Assembly: GCA_963835795.1 (NCBI GenBank)
Contig: CAWIHJ010000050.1
Coordinates: 12,849-76,848, forward strand
Reading direction: 5' to 3'
Origin: an uncultured Gammaproteobacteria bacterium
GTDB lineage: Bacteria > Pseudomonadota > Gammaproteobacteria > GCA-001735895
Length of the DNA stretch: 64,000 nucleotides
Positions 21,837-30,934 of the stretch are shown one piece after another. Made by a program: the position numbers and the translations under genes. Position 1 is the first letter of the stretch; every line of letters starts with the position of its first letter. The notes beneath the pieces were generated by a model that worked only from the letters and a program-made list of their open reading frames with translations, had not been told where the DNA came from and made no database searches.

Positions 21837-22742
21837 TCAGCTTTCCTGTCTACCCACTTTGAGTAACCAGTCGCGCAGGCGCGCCGCGGCAACCGACAGC
21901 GGCCGGTTCTCTGACCAGGTCAGGTAAAACGACCCCGGCGCCTCGATCTCCATCGCACCGACGCGCACCAGGGTACCTCGCTCGACCAGCGCGCCCACCA
22001 GCGAGTGCCAGCCGAGTACGATGCCCTGGTTTTCCTCGGCGGCCTGCAACGCCACCACGTAATTGTTAAAACGGCGGAAGTTCGCGTGTGACACATCGCA
22101 CTGCCATTGCGCCAATGGTATCTCCCAGCTGGTCCAGGTCGGATCGACACCATCGAGTTGCAGCAGTGGATGTTTTAGTAAATCGCTCGCGTCGAGCAGG
22201 CTGTGCTGGCGAGCGAATTCAACCCCGCATACCGGGTAGATGCGATCGTCAAACAGGCGCGTCACCTGTTCGCCGCGCCAGTTGCCATCGCCATAGCGAA
22301 TACGCATGTCGGCATTTTGGAACCCACTGTCCTGCGGATTGTCGGAGATCGCATGGTTGAGATTGACGTCGTGGTTTTGCTGCCAGAAGCCGCCGATACG
22401 TGGCATCAGCCACAGCGAAGCAAACGCGGTGGTTGCCGCCAGGGTGACGTCGGCGCTGGCGGCGCGGCTGCGAAATTCCTGGCACAGACGACCGATCTGC
22501 TGGAAGCTCGAACTCAGTGTCTGAAACAGGTCGATACCCTCGGGCGTCAACTCGACACCGCGATGCAGGCGCAGGAACAGCGGGCAATCGAGTTCGACTT
22601 CGAGCGCCTTGACCTGGCGGCTCACGGCCCCCAGGGTAACCCCGAGCTCGCGCGCGGCAGCGGTGAAGCTGCCATGGCGCGCGCAGGCGTCAAATGTATT
22701 CAGCCCGGTGAGGCTGGGCAACTGGTAGTAACGGCGCGCCAT
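21837..22742 (-). CDS. LysR-family transcriptional regulator (GcvA-like)
   Basis: LPSLTGLNTFDACARHGSFTAAARELGVTLGAVSRQVKALEVEL is a LysR HTH. The gene is divergent from the Rieske oxygenase gene. Confidence 0.88.
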   Translation of the reverse strand: MARRYYQLPSLTGLNTFDACARHGSFTAAARELGVTLGAVSRQVKALEVELDCPLFLRLHRGVELTPEGIDLFQTLSSSFQQIGRLCQEFRSRAASADVTLAATTAFASLWLMPRIGGFWQQNHDVNLNHAISDNPQDSGFQNADMRIRYGDGNWRGEQVTRLFDDRIYPVCGVEFARQHSLLDASDLLKHPLLQLDGVDPTWTSWEIPLAQWQCDVSHANFRRFNNYVVALQAAEENQGIVLGWHSLVGALVERGTLVRVGAMEIEAPGSFYLTWSENRPLSVAAARLRDWLLKVGRQES

Positions 22743-22887
22743 GGCGTACAGGGACCTGTTATTGGGTTTACTTAAAGTAAAGTCTGAAAGAAGTTTTGTA
22801 ATATTGCCAAATCATCGGTTTCGGCGCAATGTCTACCCTTTCCAATCCACTTAGCCGAAACCAGGCTTGATATTGAGGATCAGACCT

Positions 22888-24057
22888 ATGAACCAGGACA
22901 TGGTGCCCGACGCAACCCTGGATACGATCCTGCAGCCCATCGAAAAAGCCTCCGGGCTGCCCAACCAGGCCTACACCAGCGATGTCTATTTCGAACATGA
23001 GCGCGACCAGGTGCTGGGCAAGAGCTGGGCAGGCCTGTGGTTTGCCAGCGACCTGCCGAAGAAGGGCCAGGTCAAACCGGTGGAGTTCATGGGCCTGCCG
23101 CTGCTCATCCTGCGCAACAAGCAGGACGAGATCAGAGTGTTCCACAATGTCTGCAGCCATCGCGGCATGCTGCTGGTACACGAGGAAATGGAAGTACAGG
23201 GTGCGCTGCGATGCAAGTATCACTCCTGGTCTTACAATCTCGACGGTGAACTCAAGGGCACCCCGCACCTCGGCGGCATCGGGCAACAGAAAATCGATGG
23301 CTTCAACCACTGCGACCACGGCTTGAAGCCGGTGCGTTCGACCGTGTGGATGGACGTCATCTTTATCAACCTGTCGGGTGACGCCCCTGCCTTCGAGGAT
23401 TACGTCAAGCCACTCAGCGAAAAATGGGATGGCTTTCTCGGCAACACCGGCATCGACCGTATGTGTCCGGCAGTCAACGGCAAGGGTCTGGAAATCGAGA
23501 TTAAATCAAACTGGAAACTCGCGGTTGAAAATTATTGCGAAAGCTATCACCTGCCGTGGATCCATCCCAGCCTGAACACTTACTCGCGCCTGGAGGATCA
23601 TTACCACATCATGTACGGTGATAATTTCGGCGGACAGGGGAGCTACGCCTATCGCCTCAGCGATGAAGTCGGTAGCGCGTTACCGCGCTTCCCGGAATGG
23701 CCGCAAGACAAGCTGGAGCAGGCCGAGTACGTTGCTTTTTATCCAAACGTGTTACTCGGCATCCAGGCCGATCACATTTTCACGTTGATTATCGAGCCGA
23801 AATCCAGCGCCTGTTCGAAAGAGCACCTGCGACTTTATTACGTCGGCGACGAGGCGGTTGGCGATCAACACGCCGCGAGCCGTAACGCTACGCTCGAATC
23901 CTGGCGCGTGGTGTTTGCCGAGGATATCGACGCAGTTGAGGGCATGCAGCGCGGCCGGCGCTCACCCGGCTATCGCGGCGGGGTGTTCTCGCCGGTGATG
24001 GACAATCCCACGCACCATTTTCACCAGTGGGTCGCGCGCAAGTTAAAAGCCACCTGA
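22888..24057 (+). CDS. Rieske [2Fe-2S] non-heme iron oxygenase alpha subunit (GbcA/choline-monooxygenase-like family)
   Basis: The Rieske motif is CSHRGMLL...CKYHSWSY. The catalytic-domain motif is NWKLAVENYCESYHLPWIHP. The ATG at 22888 follows gagga. The track ORF starts at TTG 22867. Confidence 0.85.
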   Translation: MNQDMVPDATLDTILQPIEKASGLPNQAYTSDVYFEHERDQVLGKSWAGLWFASDLPKKGQVKPVEFMGLPLLILRNKQDEIRVFHNVCSHRGMLLVHEEMEVQGALRCKYHSWSYNLDGELKGTPHLGGIGQQKIDGFNHCDHGLKPVRSTVWMDVIFINLSGDAPAFEDYVKPLSEKWDGFLGNTGIDRMCPAVNGKGLEIEIKSNWKLAVENYCESYHLPWIHPSLNTYSRLEDHYHIMYGDNFGGQGSYAYRLSDEVGSALPRFPEWPQDKLEQAEYVAFYPNVLLGIQADHIFTLIIEPKSSACSKEHLRLYYVGDEAVGDQHAASRNATLESWRVVFAEDIDAVEGMQRGRRSPGYRGGVFSPVMDNPTHHFHQWVARKLKAT

Positions 24058-24248
24058 CACCCGCCGGCTAGCGAGCAAGCGTTTCAACAAAGTTCACCGG
24101 GCGGATCTGGTGGTAGTGGAGAGATTTGGCGAATTAGCGCAAAGCGGTTGGGGCCCAACAAACTCAATCTCAGATTGCTGACAGGGATTGGGTTTCAGCA
24201 GATATTACCAACACAAACCACCAGAACACGATTAACCATCCTGCTTAC

Positions 24249-25247
24249 TTATGGCGGTATTGTGCAATGCGTATTTAGATTGACCTTTACAGTTTTTGAG
24301 CCGATAGCAATGCCTACCGTTTTACCTGTGACATTAATACTTGAATCCAGGGTGATCTTCACCATGTTTTTCAGAGATTTGGCCCACTTTTTTACCTCAG
24401 CTTCTAAACTGTCTGGATCTGTCACCTGCACAACCACGCCAAAATCACCCGCCAGCGTTGTCAGTACATCCCTATTGGCACCACTTGTACTTAATACAAT
24501 CACAACGGTTCTGTCATTATTTACAATTGTGGCAAGACCCGTATCACTATATGCACTCGACATATTGTCATTACCATCGGTAAACATTACCAGCATATGT
24601 GCGGGCCGACATCGTTCGATAAGACCAACAGTAGTAACCATGTCACCCTCTAATGCTACTCCCATGGAGTCATACAGTGCGGTTTGATCTCTCAAAGAGT
24701 GTTGTAGAAGCACTGCGTCTTTGATAGCAGTCGAATCTTCTGTCCAGGGCAGTTGTGTCTCAAGCTCATTGGAGAACGTCATAACCTGTGCCTCATACAC
24801 CAACGGCATGCTATCCAGAATTTGCTCAAGAAGATCTGCGGCTAACTGCACATCAGTTTTAGTACTTTCTGAATAATCGGTTAACAGCCCCAAAGATAAA
24901 ACTTTATCGCCGCTATCAACCGCAGTAATCGTCAGTTCTGGATCGTCTTTAAAGTTGTAGGAAACACCGCCAACAGTGACACTGGCAGTTTTCATTTCAG
25001 CAACAGTCAATGCAGCTCCGTCAAGATCAGTGCCAATTGCATACAGGACCAGGGTACCGAAAGGATCTATTTGAGCCCCCAGAACAAATACTTTACCCTC
25101 GAGACTATCCTCCGCTTCATCTGGCGTAGATGAATTGGACGAGCTGGATGACGAGCAAGACGTTAGCAGGGTTAATGCCAGGAGATTAATGATAAGCACC
25201 CAGGACCTGAAATGGCAGATAGGTGGAATACTGTTTATAGTTTTCAT
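24249..25247 (-). CDS. von Willebrand factor A (vWA) domain lipoprotein
   Basis: The lipobox is LLALTLLTSC, followed by a Ser-rich linker. MIDAS-type residues are present (LLTDYSES, TALYDS, MFTDGNDN). The gene sits in a stretch that is visibly AT-richer than its flanks. The track ORF extends to 25286; I prefer the internal ATG at 25247 (MKTINSI...). Confidence 0.7.
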   Translation of the reverse strand: MKTINSIPPICHFRSWVLIINLLALTLLTSCSSSSSSNSSTPDEAEDSLEGKVFVLGAQIDPFGTLVLYAIGTDLDGAALTVAEMKTASVTVGGVSYNFKDDPELTITAVDSGDKVLSLGLLTDYSESTKTDVQLAADLLEQILDSMPLVYEAQVMTFSNELETQLPWTEDSTAIKDAVLLQHSLRDQTALYDSMGVALEGDMVTTVGLIERCRPAHMLVMFTDGNDNMSSAYSDTGLATIVNNDRTVVIVLSTSGANRDVLTTLAGDFGVVVQVTDPDSLEAEVKKWAKSLKNMVKITLDSSINVTGKTVGIAIGSKTVKVNLNTHCTIPP

Positions 25248-25351
25248 CCATTTACTCCTTAAATGGCTCTGACTGCGAGTAATCACTCACGACAACAAAT
25301 CATCGACAAATTTATCCACCCCAATATTAACCTGCTTACACCGAATGAACA

Positions 25352-25396
25352 CATAGTTTCTTAAGGCATAGTCTCTTAAGGCATAGTCTCTTAAGA
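25352..25396. repeat. three tandem copies of a 15-bp unit (catagtYtcttaagR)
   Basis: catagtttcttaagg / catagtctcttaagg / catagtctcttaaga can be read directly in the sequence. The repeat lies about 65-105 bp upstream of the vWA lipoprotein start candidates. Confidence 0.9.
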
Positions 25397-25897
25397 GTGG
25401 ATCACCGGGCTGATCAGGAATACTAACTGGCATCTGACATTACAGATAGTGGCTCCAAAGATCAGCAACTATGGTGCCAAAATTATTCGCTGGCTATGCT
25501 TTCGCCAGTTTCCCGCGCCGCCCAAAAAAGCTGCTCACAATGTTCCTTCTGAAGCTCTCATCGTCAACACTACCGTTTCGCTGCAAGCTGTTCATCACCC
25601 AAACAAGGTAAATATACAACTCCAGGTAATACTGGTTCACGAAAACGGCATTTTTCGTAACCTTTGCTGCAGCTAGAGAATCCCGGGGCAGTATCGATTG
25701 ATCTCTCTACTGGTTGCTCATGCAGGTTCCTGATCGATTGTCGTCACATGAAAATGAATCGAACGAGATTCGCCACGGCGGCTCTAAAGGGACACACGCT
25801 TTTGATTCCTAAATAAGTTAAGGCTCTCATTAATTGGTTGTGTTAATAATGGGGTGTTTACAATTCCAGCCATTGGCAAAGTTGCCGGGATTTACAA

Positions 25898-26755
25898 ATG
25901 CAGACTTTCAACCACGAGGTAGCTACAAAACTGCGTGAAATTGCGCAGCTATTGAGCGCGCAACAGGCCAACCTATTTCGCGTTAACGCCTACCTGCACG
26001 CCGCCGATACGCTCGACAACCTGGGGAGAAACGTCGCAGAGCTCATGCAGGCGAAGGGTATCAAGGGCCTGGTCGAGCTGCCCGGCATCGGCGAAGGCAT
26101 TGCGCGCTCGATTTACGAGTATGTCGCCACCGGGCGCATGTCACGCCTCGAAAACCTCAGGGGCGCTGCCGATCCAGTCGAGCTTTTCCGTTCGATTCCA
26201 ACCGTCGGCAGAGCGCTGGCTGAGCGCATTCATGACCAGTTGCACGTCGATAGCCTCGAAGCGCTGGAAAACGCGGTGCGCGAAGGTCAGTTGCACAAGG
26301 TAGAAGGCCTCGGCAGCAAGCGCCGCGAAGCGATCGAGGCCTGGCTGCAAAAACACCTCGACGAGCAGCGCCGGCAGTTCAGGCCAGTCGCTCGAGCCAG
26401 CGACGTCCCGCCAGTCGAACTGATTCTGCGCGTGGATGACGAGTACCGGCAAAAAGCCTCGGCTGACAAACTGCCGCGGATTACGCCGAAACGTTTCAAT
26501 CCTGAAAACAAGGCCTGGTTACCGATTTTACACACGACTCATGATCACTGGCATTTCACCGCGCTCTACTCCAATACGGCGCGTGCACATCAACTCGGGC
26601 GCACTGCAGACTGGGTCGTGATTTACTTTTATGATGACCATCACCGCGAAGGACAGCACACCGTGGTCACCGAGACGCATGGCAGCCTGCAGGGCTGGCG
26701 TGTGGTGCGCGGGCGCGAAACGGAATGCCTGCAGTATTACGAAACAGCGCGCTGA
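25898..26755 (+). CDS. helix-hairpin-helix DNA-binding protein resembling the N-terminal 8-kDa/fingers part of family X polymerases, with an unassigned C-terminal domain
   Basis: FNHEVATKLREIAQLLSAQQANLFRVNAYLHAADTL...LVELPGIGEGIARSI...IPTVGRALAERI...VEGLGSKRREAI contains repeated HhH GIG-type motifs. I saw no polymerase catalytic aspartates. Confidence 0.55.
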   Translation: MQTFNHEVATKLREIAQLLSAQQANLFRVNAYLHAADTLDNLGRNVAELMQAKGIKGLVELPGIGEGIARSIYEYVATGRMSRLENLRGAADPVELFRSIPTVGRALAERIHDQLHVDSLEALENAVREGQLHKVEGLGSKRREAIEAWLQKHLDEQRRQFRPVARASDVPPVELILRVDDEYRQKASADKLPRITPKRFNPENKAWLPILHTTHDHWHFTALYSNTARAHQLGRTADWVVIYFYDDHHREGQHTVVTETHGSLQGWRVVRGRETECLQYYETAR

Positions 26756-26996
26756 ATAACAGGGGTTAGACCACGTATAAATTGAGAATGAAATAAGCGT
26801 CATGACCTGATTATTACGAGCGACCGCTCCTGGCCGAAGAACGCCACCCGCATTCACCTAACGAGAGTCGGCTGCGGGCACTTTGCAGCCTGCCACTATC
26901 CAGGCACCCAGGAGGAAGACCCTCCAGGCAAAAGTTGCCGTTCAGGTCAAAACGTGTCTTACAGGGTTTGTGAGATCAGATTCCGATGCTCACCAA

Positions 26997-27710
26997 TCAG
27001 GGATTGACCAGCGCGATACTAATGCGTTTGTTTTGCTTGCCCTTGTTTTTCAGTTTGGTGACCAGCAATTCGCCGATTTCGGCGGTGTTGCGCACGTGGG
27101 TGCCGCCGCAGGGCTGGTAGTCGGTATCCTCAATGGAAATGGTGCGTACCGTGCCGTGCCCGCGCGGCGGTTGTACCGACATGGTTCGCACCAGCTCGGG
27201 TTTTTGATCGAGCTCGGCGTCGGTGATGGCGCCGATGGTTACCGGCAGCGCCTTTTCGACCAACGCGTTCAACTCGGCGGTGAGCTGTTCCTTGTCGATG
27301 ACCTGACCTTGCAAGTCAAAATCGAGTCTGCTTTCGGTTTCACCCACCGAACCACCGGTCGCCTGCGCGGAAATCAGCGAACACATCAGGTGCATGCAGG
27401 TGTGCATGCGCATCAAGCGATGACGGCGTTCCCAGTCGATTTGCATGTCGACCGCATCGCCGGCCTGGATCGTGCTTAAATCGTCAGCTTCCAGATAGTG
27501 AACAATATTGTGGCCGTCATCCGCGTAGCGGGTGTCGACGACCGCATAGTCGCGAGCGCCAATGGTCAGCGTCCCACGGTCTCCCGGCTGCCCACCACCG
27601 AGTGGGTAAAAGATGGTCGCCGCCAGCAGCACGCCGTCCTCGACTACTTCGACAACCTCGCTAGTCAGTGTCTTCTGGTAGCTGTCTTGATAAAATACTT
27701 TTTTCGTCAT
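26997..27710 (-). CDS. alaX: alanyl-tRNA editing protein (AlaX-type)
   Basis: The zinc and editing motifs HTCMHLM and CGGTHV are present. The N-terminus is FYQDSYQKTLTSEVV and the size is 237 aa. Confidence 0.85.
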   Translation of the reverse strand: MTKKVFYQDSYQKTLTSEVVEVVEDGVLLAATIFYPLGGGQPGDRGTLTIGARDYAVVDTRYADDGHNIVHYLEADDLSTIQAGDAVDMQIDWERRHRLMRMHTCMHLMCSLISAQATGGSVGETESRLDFDLQGQVIDKEQLTAELNALVEKALPVTIGAITDAELDQKPELVRTMSVQPPRGHGTVRTISIEDTDYQPCGGTHVRNTAEIGELLVTKLKNKGKQNKRISIALVNP

Positions 27711-27775
27711 CGCTGGACCCCGCGGTTAAGCGGTGATTTTTACCCAGCCTGAAGCGGGAAGCAAGTAAACGATCC

Positions 27776-28852
27776 GTGAATCCAGCCATCACAGATAATC
27801 GTAAAATCATCCACATCGACGCCGATTGCTTCTACGCCGCGGTCGAGGTGCGTGATAATCCGGCGTTGCGCGGCAAGGCGATCGCCGTCGGCGGCAGCGC
27901 TACGCGGCGCGGAGTGGTTGCCACGGCGAGCTACGAGGCGCGCAAATTCGGCGTGCATTCGGCGATGGCCAGTGCCACCGCACTGAAACGCTGCCCGCAG
28001 TTGATTTTGATACCCGGGCGCATGTCGGTGTACCGCGACGCATCGCGCCAGATGCATGAAATTTTCGCCGATTACACCGATCTGATCGAACCGCTGTCGC
28101 TCGACGAAGCCTTCCTCGACGTTTCCAGGTGCCCGCGCTGTCGCGGCAGTGCGACCCTGATCGCGCAGGAAATCCGCCAGCGCATCGCCGAACGCATCGG
28201 CATTACCGTGTCGGCCGGTATCGCCCCCAACAAGTTCATCGCCAAGATTGCCAGCGACCTGAATAAACCCAATGGTCAGTACGTCGTCACACCGCAACAG
28301 GTCGATGAATTCCTGCACATACTCCCGGTAGAGCGCATCTGGGGCGTGGGTAAGGTCACCGCCGAGCGACTTCAGCAACAGGGCATCAAAACCTGCGCCG
28401 ACGTGCGCGCCTACGACATCTTCCAGTTCGTGCAAAAGTTCGGTCAGTTCGGCGAACACATTCACCGGCTCGCGCACGGCATCGACAATCGCCCGGTGGT
28501 TTCCGAGTGGCGCCGCAAGTCGGTCAGTGTCGAAAACACCTACGAACACGACCTGCCCGACCTGGACAGTTGCCTGCAGAAATTGCCCGCCCTGCTCGAG
28601 TCGCTACAACCCCGCCTGCAAAAACTCGATGCCGATTACCGCATCCAGAATTCGTTTCTGAAAATGAAATTTTGCGATTTCACCCAGACCACGATCGAAC
28701 GCCAGCAGACCAGCCCGAACCTCGACGACTACCGTAAGCTGTGCGCACAAGCCTGGCAGCGCGGTGCGATTCCGGTGCGCCTGCTCGGCCTCGGAGTACG
28801 CCTGATCGACCTGACCGACGCCAGCGGGCAAATGGATTTGTTCGAGGAATGA
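27776..28852 (+). CDS. dinB: DNA polymerase IV
   Basis: RKIIHIDADCFYAAVEVRDNPALRGKAIAVGG...SLDEAFLDV...GIAPNKFIAKIASD. The start is a GTG. Confidence 0.92.
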   Translation: MNPAITDNRKIIHIDADCFYAAVEVRDNPALRGKAIAVGGSATRRGVVATASYEARKFGVHSAMASATALKRCPQLILIPGRMSVYRDASRQMHEIFADYTDLIEPLSLDEAFLDVSRCPRCRGSATLIAQEIRQRIAERIGITVSAGIAPNKFIAKIASDLNKPNGQYVVTPQQVDEFLHILPVERIWGVGKVTAERLQQQGIKTCADVRAYDIFQFVQKFGQFGEHIHRLAHGIDNRPVVSEWRRKSVSVENTYEHDLPDLDSCLQKLPALLESLQPRLQKLDADYRIQNSFLKMKFCDFTQTTIERQQTSPNLDDYRKLCAQAWQRGAIPVRLLGLGVRLIDLTDASGQMDLFEE

Positions 28853-28988
28853 CACATGTGACGAATCTCCCAGCTTTGCAAATGCCAATTATTTCCGCTT
28901 GTTTTTACTAATCAGAGAGTTATTCTCTTTATTCAACGTAGGTTAGCAACAATCAATCTCTAACTTGTTGGCATCAGGCAGGTAAACC

Positions 28989-29177
28989 ATGAGCAACAAA
29001 ATGAGGGCATCGAAGTTCGAAACCCTGATCTCGTCTCCCTGGGGGAAGCCACCGGAAAATTCTTATTACGGTGATCCCCGCAACGTCAAAAAGGAACAGC
29101 ACGGCCTGGAACACATCGAGCGTGACCAGGTTGACGAAGAAGAAGTCGAAAAGGTTGTGATCCTCGGCTACAACTAG
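28989..29177 (+). CDS. small acidic hypothetical protein (62 aa), weakly supported
   Basis: Track ORF only. There is a modest aggcagg upstream and no recognisable motif. Confidence 0.3.
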   Translation: MSNKMRASKFETLISSPWGKPPENSYYGDPRNVKKEQHGLEHIERDQVDEEEVEKVVILGYN

Positions 29178-29287
29178 CCTGTTTCATAGCAACGCACCTC
29201 CCCCGCCGGTTACTGCCTGTCAGTCCGGCTAGATTTTATCACCCCTCTCGTTCATCTCTGTGCGCCAGGCATGCTGCACAATCCAGT

Positions 29288-30004
29288 ATGAATAATGACA
29301 TCCTGTTAATCCTGATCGCCGGCCTCAGCTCGACGATCACCGCGGTTACCGGCATCGGCGGCGGCATGATACTGATCGCCATCATGCCCGGCTTTCTGCC
29401 GGCGGCCGCTATCGTTCCGGTCCACGCGGTGGTGCAATTGTTCGCCAACTCCAGTCGCGCGTTGTTTGGCTGGCGTTTTTTGCGCTGGGAGTTCGTACTG
29501 GCCTTCATCGCAGGCTCGCTCGTCGGCGGTGGAATCGCCGCGGGCATCGCGCGTGAAATCAACCTCGAATACACACCGTTGTTCATCGCCGCGTATATCT
29601 TGTTCATCGTCTGGGGACCACCGTTAAAATTCAAGCGGCCTCCGCCCGGCGAGTTCGTCATTATCGGTGCGATCCAGACCGGTCTGAGCCTGCTGGTGGG
29701 CGCGACCGGTCCGATGAGCCAGGCGGCGCTGATGGCGCGCGACCTGAAGCGCGACGCGCTGGTGGTCAGCGGCGCCCTGATGACGACTTTTACCCACTTG
29801 ATCAAGGTGCTGCTGTTCGCGTTACTGGGCTTTTCATTTGCCGAGTTCTGGCAACTCATCGCGGGCATGTCGCTGGCCGTCATCATCGGCGCACTGATTG
29901 GCACGCGCATCCGTTACCAGGTGCCGGAAGTCCTGTTTCGGCGCATCCTCAAGTGGGCGCTGACCTTGCTCGCGCTGCGCATGATCTACCTGACGCTCGG
30001 ATGA
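29288..30004 (+). CDS. TSUP (TauE/SafE) family anion exporter-like membrane protein
   Basis: AVTGIGGGMILIAIMPGFL...VHAVVQLFANSSRA. The protein is polytopic and 238 aa long. Confidence 0.78.
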   Translation: MNNDILLILIAGLSSTITAVTGIGGGMILIAIMPGFLPAAAIVPVHAVVQLFANSSRALFGWRFLRWEFVLAFIAGSLVGGGIAAGIAREINLEYTPLFIAAYILFIVWGPPLKFKRPPPGEFVIIGAIQTGLSLLVGATGPMSQAALMARDLKRDALVVSGALMTTFTHLIKVLLFALLGFSFAEFWQLIAGMSLAVIIGALIGTRIRYQVPEVLFRRILKWALTLLALRMIYLTLG

Positions 30005-30117
30005 AATCGAGTTGCGTGTCGGTAATATGATAGGCGAAAATCGGCAGTAACTCGGCTAAAGTCGCGCATCTTCAGCAATCGCCCGAGTAACCAGACACTG
30101 CCGCCAACGGATATGCC

Positions 30118-30901
30118 ATGAACGATAAAATTCAGACCTTCGTTGAAAACGCCGGCTTTCAGCGATTTATCATCGGCTTGATCGTGATCAACGCCATCAT
30201 TCTCGGCATGGAAACCTCGAAACCGCTGATGCTGGAATACGGTACCTGGCTGACTGCTTGCCAATCAGCTGATTCTCGGGGTATTCATCATCGAGCTGCT
30301 GTTGCGCTTTTACGTTTATCGCCTGCGCTTCTTTACCCAGCCGTGGAGCCTGTTCGATACCGCCGTGGTGCTGGTGGCATTGATTCCCAACAGCCAGGCG
30401 TTCGCCGCCTTGCGCGCCCTGCGGGTGTTGCGCGTGCTGCGCCTGTTATCCATGGTGCCGACCATGCGCAAGGTCATCGAGGGATTGCTGTCGGCCATTC
30501 CCGGCATCGCCTCGGTCGCCAGCATCATGTTGCTGTTCTTTTACGTGTTCGCGGTAGTTGGCACGCATTTATTCAGCGAAACCTTTCCGCAGTGGTTCGG
30601 CACGCTCGGTGAAACCATGTACACACTGTTTCAGATCATGACCCTGGAAAGCTGGTCGATGGGAATCGTGCGCCCGGTCATGGTACAACACCCGTATGCC
30701 TGGGCTTTCTTCGTGGTTTATATCCTGGTGACCACCTTCACCATGCTGAACCTGTTTATCGCCATCATCGTCAACGCCATGCACAGCGACGAAGACCAGT
30801 CGGCCAAGGATGATCGATCTGAAATGAGGCGAGTGTTGAGCGCGGAAATCCACGCGATGGAACAACGTTTGCTGGCTGAAATCGGCAAGCATAAAACATA
30901 A
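30118..30901 (+). pseudogene. bacterial voltage-gated sodium channel (NaChBac/BacNav type) with one apparent frameshift near 30250-30257
   Basis: Track ORF 30118..30612 gives S1 (FQRFIIGLIVINAIILGMET). ORF 30302..30901 gives the S4 arginine ladder ALRALRVLRVLRLLS, the selectivity filter FQIMTLESWSMG, S6 and a C-terminal coiled coil. The two frames join as ...YGTWL/LLANQLILGVFIIELLLRFYV. Confidence 0.8.
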
Positions 30902-30934
30902 TTATCCCATTTGTAGACGGGGAGAATTTCAGCA

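Noticed and set aside
25449-25676. A 75-aa ORF in the AT-rich gap next to the vWA gene, and similar small track ORFs (46839..47126, 62206..62394, 62498..62834, 58911..59392).
   Set aside because: They have no RBS, no motifs and odd composition. They lie in regions better explained as promoters, leaders or terminators.
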